In this document: positions 9,435 through 18,625 of the stretch, piece by piece | Position numbering within the stretch: position 1 is the stretch's first letter | Layout: the number at the start of each line of letters is the position of its first letter | Position numbers and translations under genes: made by a program | The notes under the pieces: model-generated | Database searches by the model: none | Told to the model about the DNA's origin: nothing | The model's input: only the letters and a program-made list of their open reading frames with translations | From: Candidatus Heimdallarchaeota archaeon | GTDB taxonomy: Archaea; Asgardarchaeota; Heimdallarchaeia; Heimdallarchaeales; Heimdallarchaeaceae | Direction of reading: 5' to 3' | Length of the DNA stretch: 64,000 bases | NCBI GenBank assembly: GCA_030603365.1 | Contig: JAUVXV010000002.1 | Coordinates: 256,001 to 320,000, forward strand

Positions 9435-10679
9435 TTGACCAGATTCAGCATGGTAAAGAGAGTTATCAAAGCAGCACCAGATTATTTAGCCCTAAACTTT
9501 TTTGATTTTATTAGACATTTTACTAATCTTTTTACTTCTAAAGAATATAATCTTTGGATAGAATCCGATAAGTACACCACAATTTTTGGTTATTCATGTA
9601 GAGGATTATTTGAAGTTTGTATGCAGTATTTTTATAAAGAAGATTTGGTGGTTGCAACAACTCCTATCCAGCACACATCATTTAGGAACATTTTGGAAAA
9701 GTATGTTAAACCAGAAAACATTCACATTATTAGATTAAATAAAAACTATAATGGAATTGAAGAAATCCCTAAATTAGATAACTGCGATTTAGCAGTAATA
9801 ACACACTATTTTGGACAGGATATGGATATATCTGTGCTATCAGAATTTAAAAAGAAACATAACTGTATTATTATAGAAGATAGGGTACAGGGAGGAACAC
9901 TTGATTTACTTTCAAGTCATGAAATTGTTGATATCCCAATATACTCAATGGGTATGGATAAAAGACCAATTGCTCTTGGGGGAGGATTTATGTATATTAA
10001 TAATCAACATAAAGAATTAATAGAAGGTACAAAAAAGATAATTGAAGCATTACCCATAGAAAAAACAGGTAAAAGATTTAAAGAAATGGTGAAGAAGTTA
10101 CCCACTTTTCTATTTTATAATAGTCGAATCTTCTTAGCTTCATTTATTGAGCTACTTCGAGTAGCAACTTTCTTTAATAGGGATATTAGTTTGTTGAAAT
10201 TTGCTAAAGCTTATAGAGCAAAAAACCCTGGATTTGATCGAGAAACCTTTTTGAGTAAACCTTCTCAAGGTTTGCTAAAATCAATGTATCAGAATTTGGA
10301 CAACTATAAAAAAATGGAAAGCTTGTTTGCTAAAAAATATGCTTATTTCATCGAATGTTTAGATCCTGAGATTATACCCTATTTCTTCCCTTGGTATAAA
10401 GGGAATAGTAGCTTATCTTCCTATAATACGATACAAATTGAAGAACATCTGGTGGATCAGTTTCTAGAGTTCTTAACTGAATATGACATAACCTGTATAG
10501 CTAACCCTACTTATAAAGTGTTTAACCATTCCTATGAGAATAAAGAAGTAGATGTCAAATTTAATAATGGTATAGTATACATTCCATCAACTCCTAACAT
10601 GAAAAGAAAGGAAATTGAACTACTTGCAGACAAGCTTCATGATTTCTATCATACGTTTTGTAAAGAAAAAGGAAAGTAA
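9435..10679 (+). CDS. PLP-dependent fold-type I protein, DegT/DnrJ/EryC1/StrS-like
   Basis: ITHYFGQ, IIIEDRVQG and YSMGMDKRPIALGGG resemble the DegT HxxG, IEDxAQ and SFxxxK..GG motifs. Start probably ATG 9450. Confidence 0.65.
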   Translation: MTRFSMVKRVIKAAPDYLALNFFDFIRHFTNLFTSKEYNLWIESDKYTTIFGYSCRGLFEVCMQYFYKEDLVVATTPIQHTSFRNILEKYVKPENIHIIRLNKNYNGIEEIPKLDNCDLAVITHYFGQDMDISVLSEFKKKHNCIIIEDRVQGGTLDLLSSHEIVDIPIYSMGMDKRPIALGGGFMYINNQHKELIEGTKKIIEALPIEKTGKRFKEMVKKLPTFLFYNSRIFLASFIELLRVATFFNRDISLLKFAKAYRAKNPGFDRETFLSKPSQGLLKSMYQNLDNYKKMESLFAKKYAYFIECLDPEIIPYFFPWYKGNSSLSSYNTIQIEEHLVDQFLEFLTEYDITCIANPTYKVFNHSYENKEVDVKFNNGIVYIPSTPNMKRKEIELLADKLHDFYHTFCKEKGK

Positions 10680-10686
10680 GAGATGT

Positions 10687-11517
10687 CTACTCCCTACGTC
10701 TCTTTCTTATTGACAATACTACTAAACATGAAATTAACATGCTAATAATACCTATCACCCAATCATACGATACTCTAACAGACCAGTTATCTGATTCTAG
10801 TACAATATGCGCAGATGAGTTTCCAAGAGTAGATTCTGTTTTTATCAGGGTTTCCATTTTTGATAGAACACCCCATTCAATGTTGTAAGCAACTTCCATT
10901 GATAATTCTTGAGAAAAATCAGTAATATTATTTTCATATTTGATATAATATTTCATATAGAATTTTGTTCTATCTATTGAAACTTCAAAAAGATAGGTAT
11001 CATTACTGAGATTCCAATTTTCATATCCTTCGTACAAATGTTCCTGTATGATTCGATGAGCTTTATCTGCTGTAAAATGAGTTGGTAAAATATATATGAA
11101 AATTATTTCAGGACCAGATTGAGGACTAAATCCTCGTGACACAAATAATTCAGTTGCATCTTCTCCAATTGATTCATCATTGATAAAGAACTCAGCCCAA
11201 GTATCAGATGTATCAAAGATTCCGGATAGACCTGTTGAGTTTAATTCGTCAGGATCTTTTGAAAGTACAATTTTGAAAACATCTCCATTACTTAAAAATT
11301 CATCATACTTTATTGACCAGCCATATTGATCTATATCTTCCTCTGGTTCAACATCTAGAACATTCAGTGTCCAGCTTAATTCAGTTCCTGCTGTTAATTT
11401 GTCTGAATAAAAGACCGATTGATCACTATATACTATCATGCAAGACAAGGAAGTAGTAGAAGAAAGAAGAAAGAACACAAATACAGAAAGAGAAAAGAGT
11501 ATTTTTCTACGTTTCAT
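10687..11517 (-). CDS. Secreted/surface protein with C-terminal TM anchor
   Basis: MKRRKILFSLSVFVFFLL signal, YNIEWGVL motif, ends WVIGIISMLISCLVVLSIRKRRRE. Confidence 0.75.
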   Translation of the reverse strand: MKRRKILFSLSVFVFFLLSSTTSLSCMIVYSDQSVFYSDKLTAGTELSWTLNVLDVEPEEDIDQYGWSIKYDEFLSNGDVFKIVLSKDPDELNSTGLSGIFDTSDTWAEFFINDESIGEDATELFVSRGFSPQSGPEIIFIYILPTHFTADKAHRIIQEHLYEGYENWNLSNDTYLFEVSIDRTKFYMKYYIKYENNITDFSQELSMEVAYNIEWGVLSKMETLIKTESTLGNSSAHIVLESDNWSVRVSYDWVIGIISMLISCLVVLSIRKRRRE

Positions 11518-11732
11518 TGATTTACCTCTATAAAGTTGTACTTTCTAACTTAAAATAGTACTATCTGTGAACTACTATTTAAGTTATTAGTGATTTAGAA
11601 ATAATCTTTACGAGAAATTGGTAATACTGATATTAGAAATCAGCTTAAAGAGGGAAAGAAACATGCGTTCCATTTGTAGGGGGGTACTCCATCATCCTCC
11701 CTCAACGCTTCCGAAAAAGATCCAGACAAAAA

Positions 11733-12548
11733 ATGTTTAAAGACACAAAGAAACAATATTCTAACATGGAGTATATGCTTGCACCAATGGAAAAAATAAC
11801 CGATTCCAGTTTTAGGCATATCTGCCATAAATATGGTGCAGATCTTACTTTTACAGAACAAATTAGATTTGAAACTTTGGTCAAGAAAACTAAATCTGCC
11901 TTAGAGAGAATTAAACTTCATGATAATACGCCTACAATGATCCAGATAATGGGGAAGGACGAGGAAAAACTAGATTTGTTCATGAAAGATTTTACTCCTG
12001 AAGGAGGTTTTCAAGGTTTTAATCTGAATCTTGGTTGCCCTTCTCAAACATATGTTAGACAAGGTATTGGAAGTGCAATGATTAAAAGACCAACTAAAGT
12101 CAAGAGAATGGTTGATATGATCAAGAATCATGGTTATGACATCAATATTAAGTTGCGTCTTGGAGTAAATTTAACAGAGAAGAGAGAAAAAGTATATCTT
12201 AAATTAATTGAAAAAGTTGATGCAAATTTCTTTGTGGTACATGCTAGATATAGATCCGAGTCCTATGAAATAAAAGCAGATTGGAGTGTCTTCTCTGAAT
12301 GTGTTAATACAGGAAAAGCCATTGTTGCTAATGGCGATATTCAAACTAAGGAAGATGTAGAGAAAATGAAAGAAATCGGTTGTATCGGAGTTATGATTGG
12401 AAGAGCTGCAATGTATAATCCTTTGATATTTGGCCAATTAAAAAACATGAAATTACCTCCTTTAGAAACCGTAAAACAGGAATATATTGAATTGTGTAAG
12501 AATCAAGAGTCCAATTATTCTGAAAATGTACTAAAATTACTATATTGA
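11733..12548 (+). CDS. dus: tRNA-dihydrouridine synthase family protein
   Basis: LAPM, NLNLGCP, KLRLG, VHAR, ANGDI and GVMIGRAAMYNP motifs. Start probably ATG 11766. Confidence 0.9.
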   Translation: MFKDTKKQYSNMEYMLAPMEKITDSSFRHICHKYGADLTFTEQIRFETLVKKTKSALERIKLHDNTPTMIQIMGKDEEKLDLFMKDFTPEGGFQGFNLNLGCPSQTYVRQGIGSAMIKRPTKVKRMVDMIKNHGYDINIKLRLGVNLTEKREKVYLKLIEKVDANFFVVHARYRSESYEIKADWSVFSECVNTGKAIVANGDIQTKEDVEKMKEIGCIGVMIGRAAMYNPLIFGQLKNMKLPPLETVKQEYIELCKNQESNYSENVLKLLY

Positions 12549-12663
12549 TACTGTAAAACAAGATTGAAAAAAACATCAATCTATATTATTTACTAACGAC
12601 CCTAATCAACTAGTTGTTAGATATTGCAGCAGTCAGATTTGCTTTTTGAAGCAATCACTTCTT

Positions 12664-13635
12664 CTATAAATTATGTTTGAACCAATCTATTGTCTCTTTG
12701 ATAGCAACATTATGAGCTGTATGTTCTGTTGTATTAAAGGTTGAAGTGTATTTTGTTCCATCAATTATAAATGGATATTTCCATTCATATGTCAACTCTT
12801 TAAGTTCCTTCACAATAGGAATGAACATTGATAGAATCTTAATTGTGTTTTCACTTAATACTTTCATATTGGGTTCTTGATTCAACTCTTGAAAAATCAT
12901 AGATATGAATTCTCGACCTGTAACTGGTTCAGCTCCTTCAACATGAAATATTTGTCCGTAAGAATTAGGATTTTCTGAAGCTGTTACCATTCCTTTAGCT
13001 GCATCTCGTATATATATCATTGAATGTTTCTTATCTAAATCTACTAACCATGAAGATGCTTTGCCCTTAGCTGGATTTTCTAGTAGCGGTTTAGTAAATC
13101 CATTAACAACATTAGGCCCATAGAAATCTCCAAAGCGTACGATGACTGCGTTGATTTCACCTTCAGAATGAGCATCTAGTATTTGTTTTGCTAAACGTAT
13201 GCGAAGCTTTCCCTTCTTACCTTCAGCTTCAAGTGGATGTTCTTCAGATATCTTATCCCCTTGCATTTTTCCATACATGTATAGATTATCTGCATAGACT
13301 AGATTAGCTCCAACTTCTTTAACAGCTGATAGAATGTTATCATTAATAATTGGGAAATCTTTTAGCCATTTTGTATAACTAACATTAGCACAATGATAAA
13401 CTACATCTGACCCTTGAACTGCTTCTATAGTTTCTTTCTGATCCATTAAATCAGCTTGTCTGATTTCAACATTGATGTCTTGAAACAATTTCTTTGCTTT
13501 CTGAATGTTTCTTGTTACAGCAATTACTGATCTTTCTCTCTTCGCAAGTTCAAAAACAACTGCTGAACCAAGCCCTCCTGTAGATCCCAATACAACAGCT
13601 TTTCCTTCATTTTTCTTTTGGTTTTTATTACTCAT
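12664..13635 (-). CDS. NAD-dependent epimerase/dehydratase (atypical SDR)
   Basis: VLGSTGGLGS Rossmann motif, DNLYMYG, RFGDFYGP. Confidence 0.88.
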   Translation of the reverse strand: MSNKNQKKNEGKAVVLGSTGGLGSAVVFELAKRERSVIAVTRNIQKAKKLFQDINVEIRQADLMDQKETIEAVQGSDVVYHCANVSYTKWLKDFPIINDNILSAVKEVGANLVYADNLYMYGKMQGDKISEEHPLEAEGKKGKLRIRLAKQILDAHSEGEINAVIVRFGDFYGPNVVNGFTKPLLENPAKGKASSWLVDLDKKHSMIYIRDAAKGMVTASENPNSYGQIFHVEGAEPVTGREFISMIFQELNQEPNMKVLSENTIKILSMFIPIVKELKELTYEWKYPFIIDGTKYTSTFNTTEHTAHNVAIKETIDWFKHNL

Positions 13636-13648
13636 TTCTTACACCTTT

Positions 13649-13716
13649 ACCGAACGATGTTCGGTTATTTTTTCTCCACAATATATTTAAATACTTCTAA
13701 ACGAACTAAGTTCGGT
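13649..13716. promoter_or_regulatory. Two candidate TetR operators in a divergent promoter region
   Basis: ACCGAAC-gat-GTTCGGT (13649-13665, perfect IR) and AACGAAC-taa-GTTCGGT (13700-13716). Confidence 0.75.
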
Positions 13717-13754
13717 TAAGCAAGATTTATATTGGAGTTTAATAACAATCAATT

Positions 13755-14396
13755 ATGAGTAAGAATAAGAGGACTAGAGCGAGATCAGTAGAGGCAAAGG
13801 AAAAGCAATTGCAACGCATAATTAAAGCAGGTCGGGAACTTTTTCTGAAACATGGTCCTGAAGGTGTGAGTATGCGCAAATTAGCACAGAAGCTGAACAT
13901 GGGTCAAGCAAGTCTCTATACTTACATTTCTAGTAAAAGGGAATTATGGTTTGCTATTCTAAGAAATGATTTTGGTAAATTTGAACTCGGAATGGCAAAA
14001 ATCATGCAAGACCATAAAGGAAATTACAAAGAACTTCTAGAAAAGATTGCTCAGTTTTATCTTGAATTTGCACGGGAAGATGAGAAACGTTACAAAATGA
14101 TGTTTCAAACTCAAGCTCCTCAAGCAGAAAGAACAGGATTACTCGAACAACAATATGATTCAAAGTCTATTTATTATTTAAACGAAATCGTCCAAAAAGC
14201 GGTAGATGTAGGAGAAATAAAAGAGAAAGATGTAGGTAAATTGTCTTTTTTCATTTGGGGGATTGTTCATGGAACCGTGAGTGTTGTTCAAACTGAATTT
14301 TTTGGAGATCAAGAACAAATTCCAGAATATGGCAATATAGAAGATTATCATCAGTTTGCATTGAAATATATTAGAAAAATGCTAATAGAAATGTAA
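13755..14396 (+). CDS. TetR/AcrR family transcriptional regulator
   Basis: IIKAGRELFLKHGPEGVSMRKLAQKLNMGQASLYTYISSKREL HTH and WGIVHG C-terminal motif. Confidence 0.92.
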   Translation: MSKNKRTRARSVEAKEKQLQRIIKAGRELFLKHGPEGVSMRKLAQKLNMGQASLYTYISSKRELWFAILRNDFGKFELGMAKIMQDHKGNYKELLEKIAQFYLEFAREDEKRYKMMFQTQAPQAERTGLLEQQYDSKSIYYLNEIVQKAVDVGEIKEKDVGKLSFFIWGIVHGTVSVVQTEFFGDQEQIPEYGNIEDYHQFALKYIRKMLIEM

Positions 14397-14413
14397 TAGA
14401 AAAAGAAAAAGAG

Positions 14414-16192
14414 TTATTTTTTGCCTCTTTTAGTTTTAGCTGCAGATTGAATTTTACTACTAAGTATAGTATATGTTAGTAATGAAAATATCAATTGTAA
14501 ACCTAGAACCATTCCAGCAAAGATTAATAATTCACCAATTTCAAGTGATGCAAATATCCCAGAAGTGTCTTCTGTTACTTCAACAAACTCAACATTTGAG
14601 ACAAGGCTTTCTCCGTATTCATTTGTTGCTACTACTGCGTAATAATAGTATCCAGCAACAGTAACAGTGTCAGTATAAGATGTAGTAGTAGAAGTATCAA
14701 TAGCAGTTAATCCAGAAGTTGAGGAAAATTGAGAAGTTTCTCTATATATTTCATAATTTGTAGCATCTTGTACTAATAACCAGCTCAAGGAAATATCCCC
14801 AACAGAGATAGGATTTGGGTTTATTTCAGATAAGAATGGTTGCATAGGAGCTCCTACAAATTTCTTGTAGAAAAGATCTGTGTCTATACCTGAACCTAAC
14901 AAGTGATCAGTTGTATCTAACCAAATAACATGCAGATGGCCTAAAGAATCTATATCTATTTTTGGTCGAGCACCATAACTATCATGATCATAGGTTAAAA
15001 CAGTGTACGGTGACCAAGTATTCGTATCTAAATCAAGATACTTGAAGAAAACGTTATTAGAATCACCCACACCACCAATACTCATGCATTCTCTCCAGAC
15101 GACATATACATACCCTTCATCTACAACTAAATCACTGTTAAAGGAAGTTTCTGGGCTTTCAGGAGATAAAACTTCAGTCATACTCCAAGTATTTGAGCTT
15201 ATACTACAGCTCTTGTAAAAAATGTCTTGATCAACACCTGCTCCATTATAGTTTGTTATATCGTACCAAACAACATGATATAATCCCCCTACCTCATTTG
15301 ATATAGTTGGTGTGTAAGAATCAGATGTAGATTCTGAACTTACTACGCTTACCGGATACCAAGTTATAAAGCCATTTTTCAATTTTCTGAAGAAAATATC
15401 TTGGTCAATACCTGCCCCAGCATAGTCTGTATCATCTTCCCAAACAAAGAGTATAGACCCTTGGTCACCTAGAGCAATAACTGCTTCTGTAGATTGGGCT
15501 GTGCTAGAATCTGATACAACTTGTGAGGTAGACCAAACGTCACTTAAGGATCTATATTTGTAGAAGATGTCACTATCTCCACCACAACTTAGATAATCTG
15601 TCAAATCTTCCCATGAAACATGGACTACACCATTAGAATCAACAACTATCCACGGGATATATGAATTAGCACTGCTTTCAGTCGAAACAAGTTCTACTGC
15701 TCCCCATCCCGAAGAAGTTCTTTGTTTATAGAAAATGTCAGCATCAGCACCTGATCCAAGGATGTTGGTTGTATCATACCAAACTACATGGGCAGTATTT
15801 TCATGATCAACGGCAATACACGGACGCTGAGAATGAGCAGTGCTTTCTGTAGAAACAAGCTCCATCTCCCCCCAGGTTTTAGTAGAGTAATCATACTTCT
15901 TATAGAAAACGTCTATATCAGTTCCAGCTAATAGGATATCTTCTGAACTATATGTGATTGTATGGATATTGTTATCTTTATCTATTGCTAGATTTGAAAT
16001 ATAATTATGTGTATCAAATTCAGCAGAAAGTAGTTCTAATGGTTCCCACCACCAAGAAGATAAATTATTTAGACGAATGTCATCATCTATACTAACCTTA
16101 TCAGATAAGGAATTAACATTCATTGAGGTTGGTAAGAATCCGACTAAGAGAACTAGAAAATTTATTGTAAATAGAATTTTTATTCTTTTCAT
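14414..16192 (-). CDS. Membrane-anchored 7-bladed beta-propeller plus fibronectin type III surface protein
   Basis: Seven blades as in 5049..6497, then FN3 (ISLSW...ATNYEIYR...YYYAVVATNEYGESLVSN), TM and basic tail. Confidence 0.78.
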   Translation of the reverse strand: MKRIKILFTINFLVLLVGFLPTSMNVNSLSDKVSIDDDIRLNNLSSWWWEPLELLSAEFDTHNYISNLAIDKDNNIHTITYSSEDILLAGTDIDVFYKKYDYSTKTWGEMELVSTESTAHSQRPCIAVDHENTAHVVWYDTTNILGSGADADIFYKQRTSSGWGAVELVSTESSANSYIPWIVVDSNGVVHVSWEDLTDYLSCGGDSDIFYKYRSLSDVWSTSQVVSDSSTAQSTEAVIALGDQGSILFVWEDDTDYAGAGIDQDIFFRKLKNGFITWYPVSVVSSESTSDSYTPTISNEVGGLYHVVWYDITNYNGAGVDQDIFYKSCSISSNTWSMTEVLSPESPETSFNSDLVVDEGYVYVVWRECMSIGGVGDSNNVFFKYLDLDTNTWSPYTVLTYDHDSYGARPKIDIDSLGHLHVIWLDTTDHLLGSGIDTDLFYKKFVGAPMQPFLSEINPNPISVGDISLSWLLVQDATNYEIYRETSQFSSTSGLTAIDTSTTTSYTDTVTVAGYYYYAVVATNEYGESLVSNVEFVEVTEDTSGIFASLEIGELLIFAGMVLGLQLIFSLLTYTILSSKIQSAAKTKRGKK

Positions 16193-16293
16193 TATAGTAC
16201 AACCAATTCTTGCAGTATAAAGAATATTCTAAAAACTTATTGCACAAGTAAAGCAAAGTAATGCTTAATCTATGGGTTTTGAAAACATTTAAT

Positions 16294-16311
16294 TATAAGT
16301 AATCACTTATA
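16294..16311. promoter_or_regulatory. Candidate ArsR operator 1
   Basis: TATAAGT-aatc-ACTTATA perfect IR ending 6 nt before the ArsR ATG. Confidence 0.7.
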
Positions 16312-16317
16312 CACTTA

Positions 16318-16689
16318 ATGTCAGCAAGAAGGGATATTATTGAACTTTCAGAGGTTTTTAAAGCATTATCAGATCCAACTAGGTTAAGATTGATAAGATT
16401 ACTTGCTTCGAATATGGAAGAAAAACTATGTGTAGTAGATTTAGCAGCTAAATTAAGTATATCACAACCAGCTACCTCTCAACACTTGAAAATTCTGAAA
16501 AACGTTAATATCCTTTACTCTAAAAAGGAAAGACCAAGAATATACTATTATTTGAATTTAGGAGAATTTCATAGACAGAAGAAACTTGTTGATAGAATGT
16601 TTGATTTCGCATTCACAAAGTGTACCCAAGGAGGACAATGTGAAGACTGTCAATCTAGAGAAGACTGTGAAGAATTCTCAGCAAAATAA
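16318..16689 (+). CDS. ArsR/SmtB family regulator with Cys-rich C-terminal tail
   Basis: FKALSDPTRLRLI, LCVVDLA, SQPATSQHLKILK; tail CTQGGQCEDCQSREDC. Confidence 0.92.
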   Translation: MSARRDIIELSEVFKALSDPTRLRLIRLLASNMEEKLCVVDLAAKLSISQPATSQHLKILKNVNILYSKKERPRIYYYLNLGEFHRQKKLVDRMFDFAFTKCTQGGQCEDCQSREDCEEFSAK

Positions 16690-16750
16690 ATAATCAAAAA
16701 GGAAATACGAAACTTAAAATTACACACAGATGCAGATTAAGAAATATTTA

Positions 16751-16768
16751 TATAAGTATATGCTTATA
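16751..16768. promoter_or_regulatory. Candidate ArsR operator 2
   Basis: TATAAGT-atat-GCTTATA, the same motif as 16294-16311, upstream of 16800. Confidence 0.65.
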
Positions 16769-16799
16769 GACTTATAACTATAATTTAGAAGGTGAAAAA

Positions 16800-17525
16800 A
16801 TGACTAGTATTTTAGAGACAGAAACAAAATCGGATAGAAATTATAAATTAGGTATCATACTATCATGGAGTCTATTAGGATTAGTCTATGTTTTGATAAT
16901 AATTATGACTTTCATGAAGACTCCAGAAGAAATAACAAATACCTTGACAACCATTAGCAGTCAGTTGAAGTATTATTTCCTAGCGGTACACATCGTTATT
17001 TTACTATTACTAGGAACAGGATTTATTTGGAAAAAATTTAGAACTCAATCCTTCTTTACAATATTGATACTTCTTGCAATATCAAGTACAGTCGTTTCGA
17101 GCATCTATGTAGTTATACCAAACATCATTTTCTTTGGAACTATTTCAGTCATAATCTTAATATCATATCTTACAAAGAAACTAGAATTTGATTTCAAGAA
17201 CGTCAATATAATGGATTGGATCATGTCATGTCTTGGATTACTCTTTGGTTTCTGGTATCTACATTGGGTTGAAGATCCAATAGCTTTGAATGCTCTTCTC
17301 TATTCGCCATTAGGTGGTGTGAATTGTCCTACATTAGTTATGTTGTCAGCTTTATTGATACTCTCCAAAAAACCAAAACCTATCATGATGACTACTTTTG
17401 TTGGAGCTTTAACAATCTACTTTGGTTTCTTCGGAATGATAATGCTTGGTGCTTATGTAGACATTGCCTTGATTCTTTGCGGGATGTATCTAGTTGGTAA
17501 AAGTTGGTTTGAAAAAATAAAATAG
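16800..17525 (+). CDS. Polytopic membrane protein (DUF6064-like)
   Basis: Multiple TM segments, SPLGGVNCPTL resembling the PCPT motif, AGGTG SD. Confidence 0.6.
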   Translation: MTSILETETKSDRNYKLGIILSWSLLGLVYVLIIIMTFMKTPEEITNTLTTISSQLKYYFLAVHIVILLLLGTGFIWKKFRTQSFFTILILLAISSTVVSSIYVVIPNIIFFGTISVIILISYLTKKLEFDFKNVNIMDWIMSCLGLLFGFWYLHWVEDPIALNALLYSPLGGVNCPTLVMLSALLILSKKPKPIMMTTFVGALTIYFGFFGMIMLGAYVDIALILCGMYLVGKSWFEKIK

Positions 17526-17588
17526 GAGATAATTTCTCCAAACTTTTTTCTACAGAAGTGTTAAATATTATAGAAAGAGAGCTATTCT

Positions 17589-18497
17589 TTGATTTATATG
17601 ATATCAACTAAAAAAACAGTAGAATACTTAACCTTGGCTTTAACTATTTTCTGTTTACTCGGATTTAATTTCCAAACTTCTGCAATAGAGATGATTAATG
17701 TTGATCCCGAGGAGTACTATATTTTCAATGATGTCTTTGTAAATGGTTCTATATTCGAATGGACAATAAGAAATGTACAATTTAATAGTGAAATAGACGA
17801 AATCACATTTAGTAATAATGACATTCTAACAGTAGAGTTAGCAATCGATATAGACAAAGATTCTTGCGAGTTTTTAACAACTGCTAGTCCTTTGGTATTT
17901 TTCCCTCAAACGCTATACTATGCGGATATGTCTATCAATGGAGAGGATGTTGAGGGAGATACGTGGGAACTATTTCTCAGAGGATATGACAGCTTTTGTT
18001 GTGGTCTTACTTCTTACCAATTTGTTTTTGATTTATCGAACCCAATTTCTATCAGTTTACCTGAACCTTGGTTCTTTTATCCTCTAGAATTTGTCAATGG
18101 TTCAACAACAATTTCTTACTTCGACCTGTTTTACGATTATATGTCTCAGAAAGCAGATCAAATGAGTAAGGCAACAGTTACCAAGAGTGAGGATGAAAAA
18201 TTCTTAGATATAGAATTCTCACAAAGTACAGAAAATCCAGATTATAAGAGGACATCTAAACAAATACTATCCTTAAACATGGAAATAGGAATCGTGGGTT
18301 TCTATAGTGTAGATTATAATTATACTGATAAACTGAACAATACAAAATCTGAAAGCTTTACTTACGAACTCTTTTCTGAGAAATATGGATCAGCTGTATA
18401 TAAAACCGGTTTAGACCCACTAAGTTTCATTCTCATAACAGCCACAAGCATATTTTGTATAACCTATTTATTGAAAAGAAGGAAGAACAATAATTAG
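17589..18497 (+). CDS. Secreted/surface protein with C-terminal TM anchor
   Basis: Signal peptide, ends FILITATSIFCITYLLKRRKNNN. Loosely similar to 10687..11517. Confidence 0.72.
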   Translation: MIYMISTKKTVEYLTLALTIFCLLGFNFQTSAIEMINVDPEEYYIFNDVFVNGSIFEWTIRNVQFNSEIDEITFSNNDILTVELAIDIDKDSCEFLTTASPLVFFPQTLYYADMSINGEDVEGDTWELFLRGYDSFCCGLTSYQFVFDLSNPISISLPEPWFFYPLEFVNGSTTISYFDLFYDYMSQKADQMSKATVTKSEDEKFLDIEFSQSTENPDYKRTSKQILSLNMEIGIVGFYSVDYNYTDKLNNTKSESFTYELFSEKYGSAVYKTGLDPLSFILITATSIFCITYLLKRRKNNN

Positions 18498-18625
18498 ACT
18501 TCCTCTTTTTCTTTATTTTTTACTTCTCAAGTAGGTATATCCACTAATTTGAAATAAAGGTTCTACTCAAAAACAAAACCTTGATCTTGAACAAATTAAA
18601 GTATGGAAATTATTGTTCAAGATTG

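Noticed and set aside
12602-12620. CAACTAGTTG-centred palindrome between convergent genes
   Set aside because: A single short occurrence with no second copy and no associated promoter.
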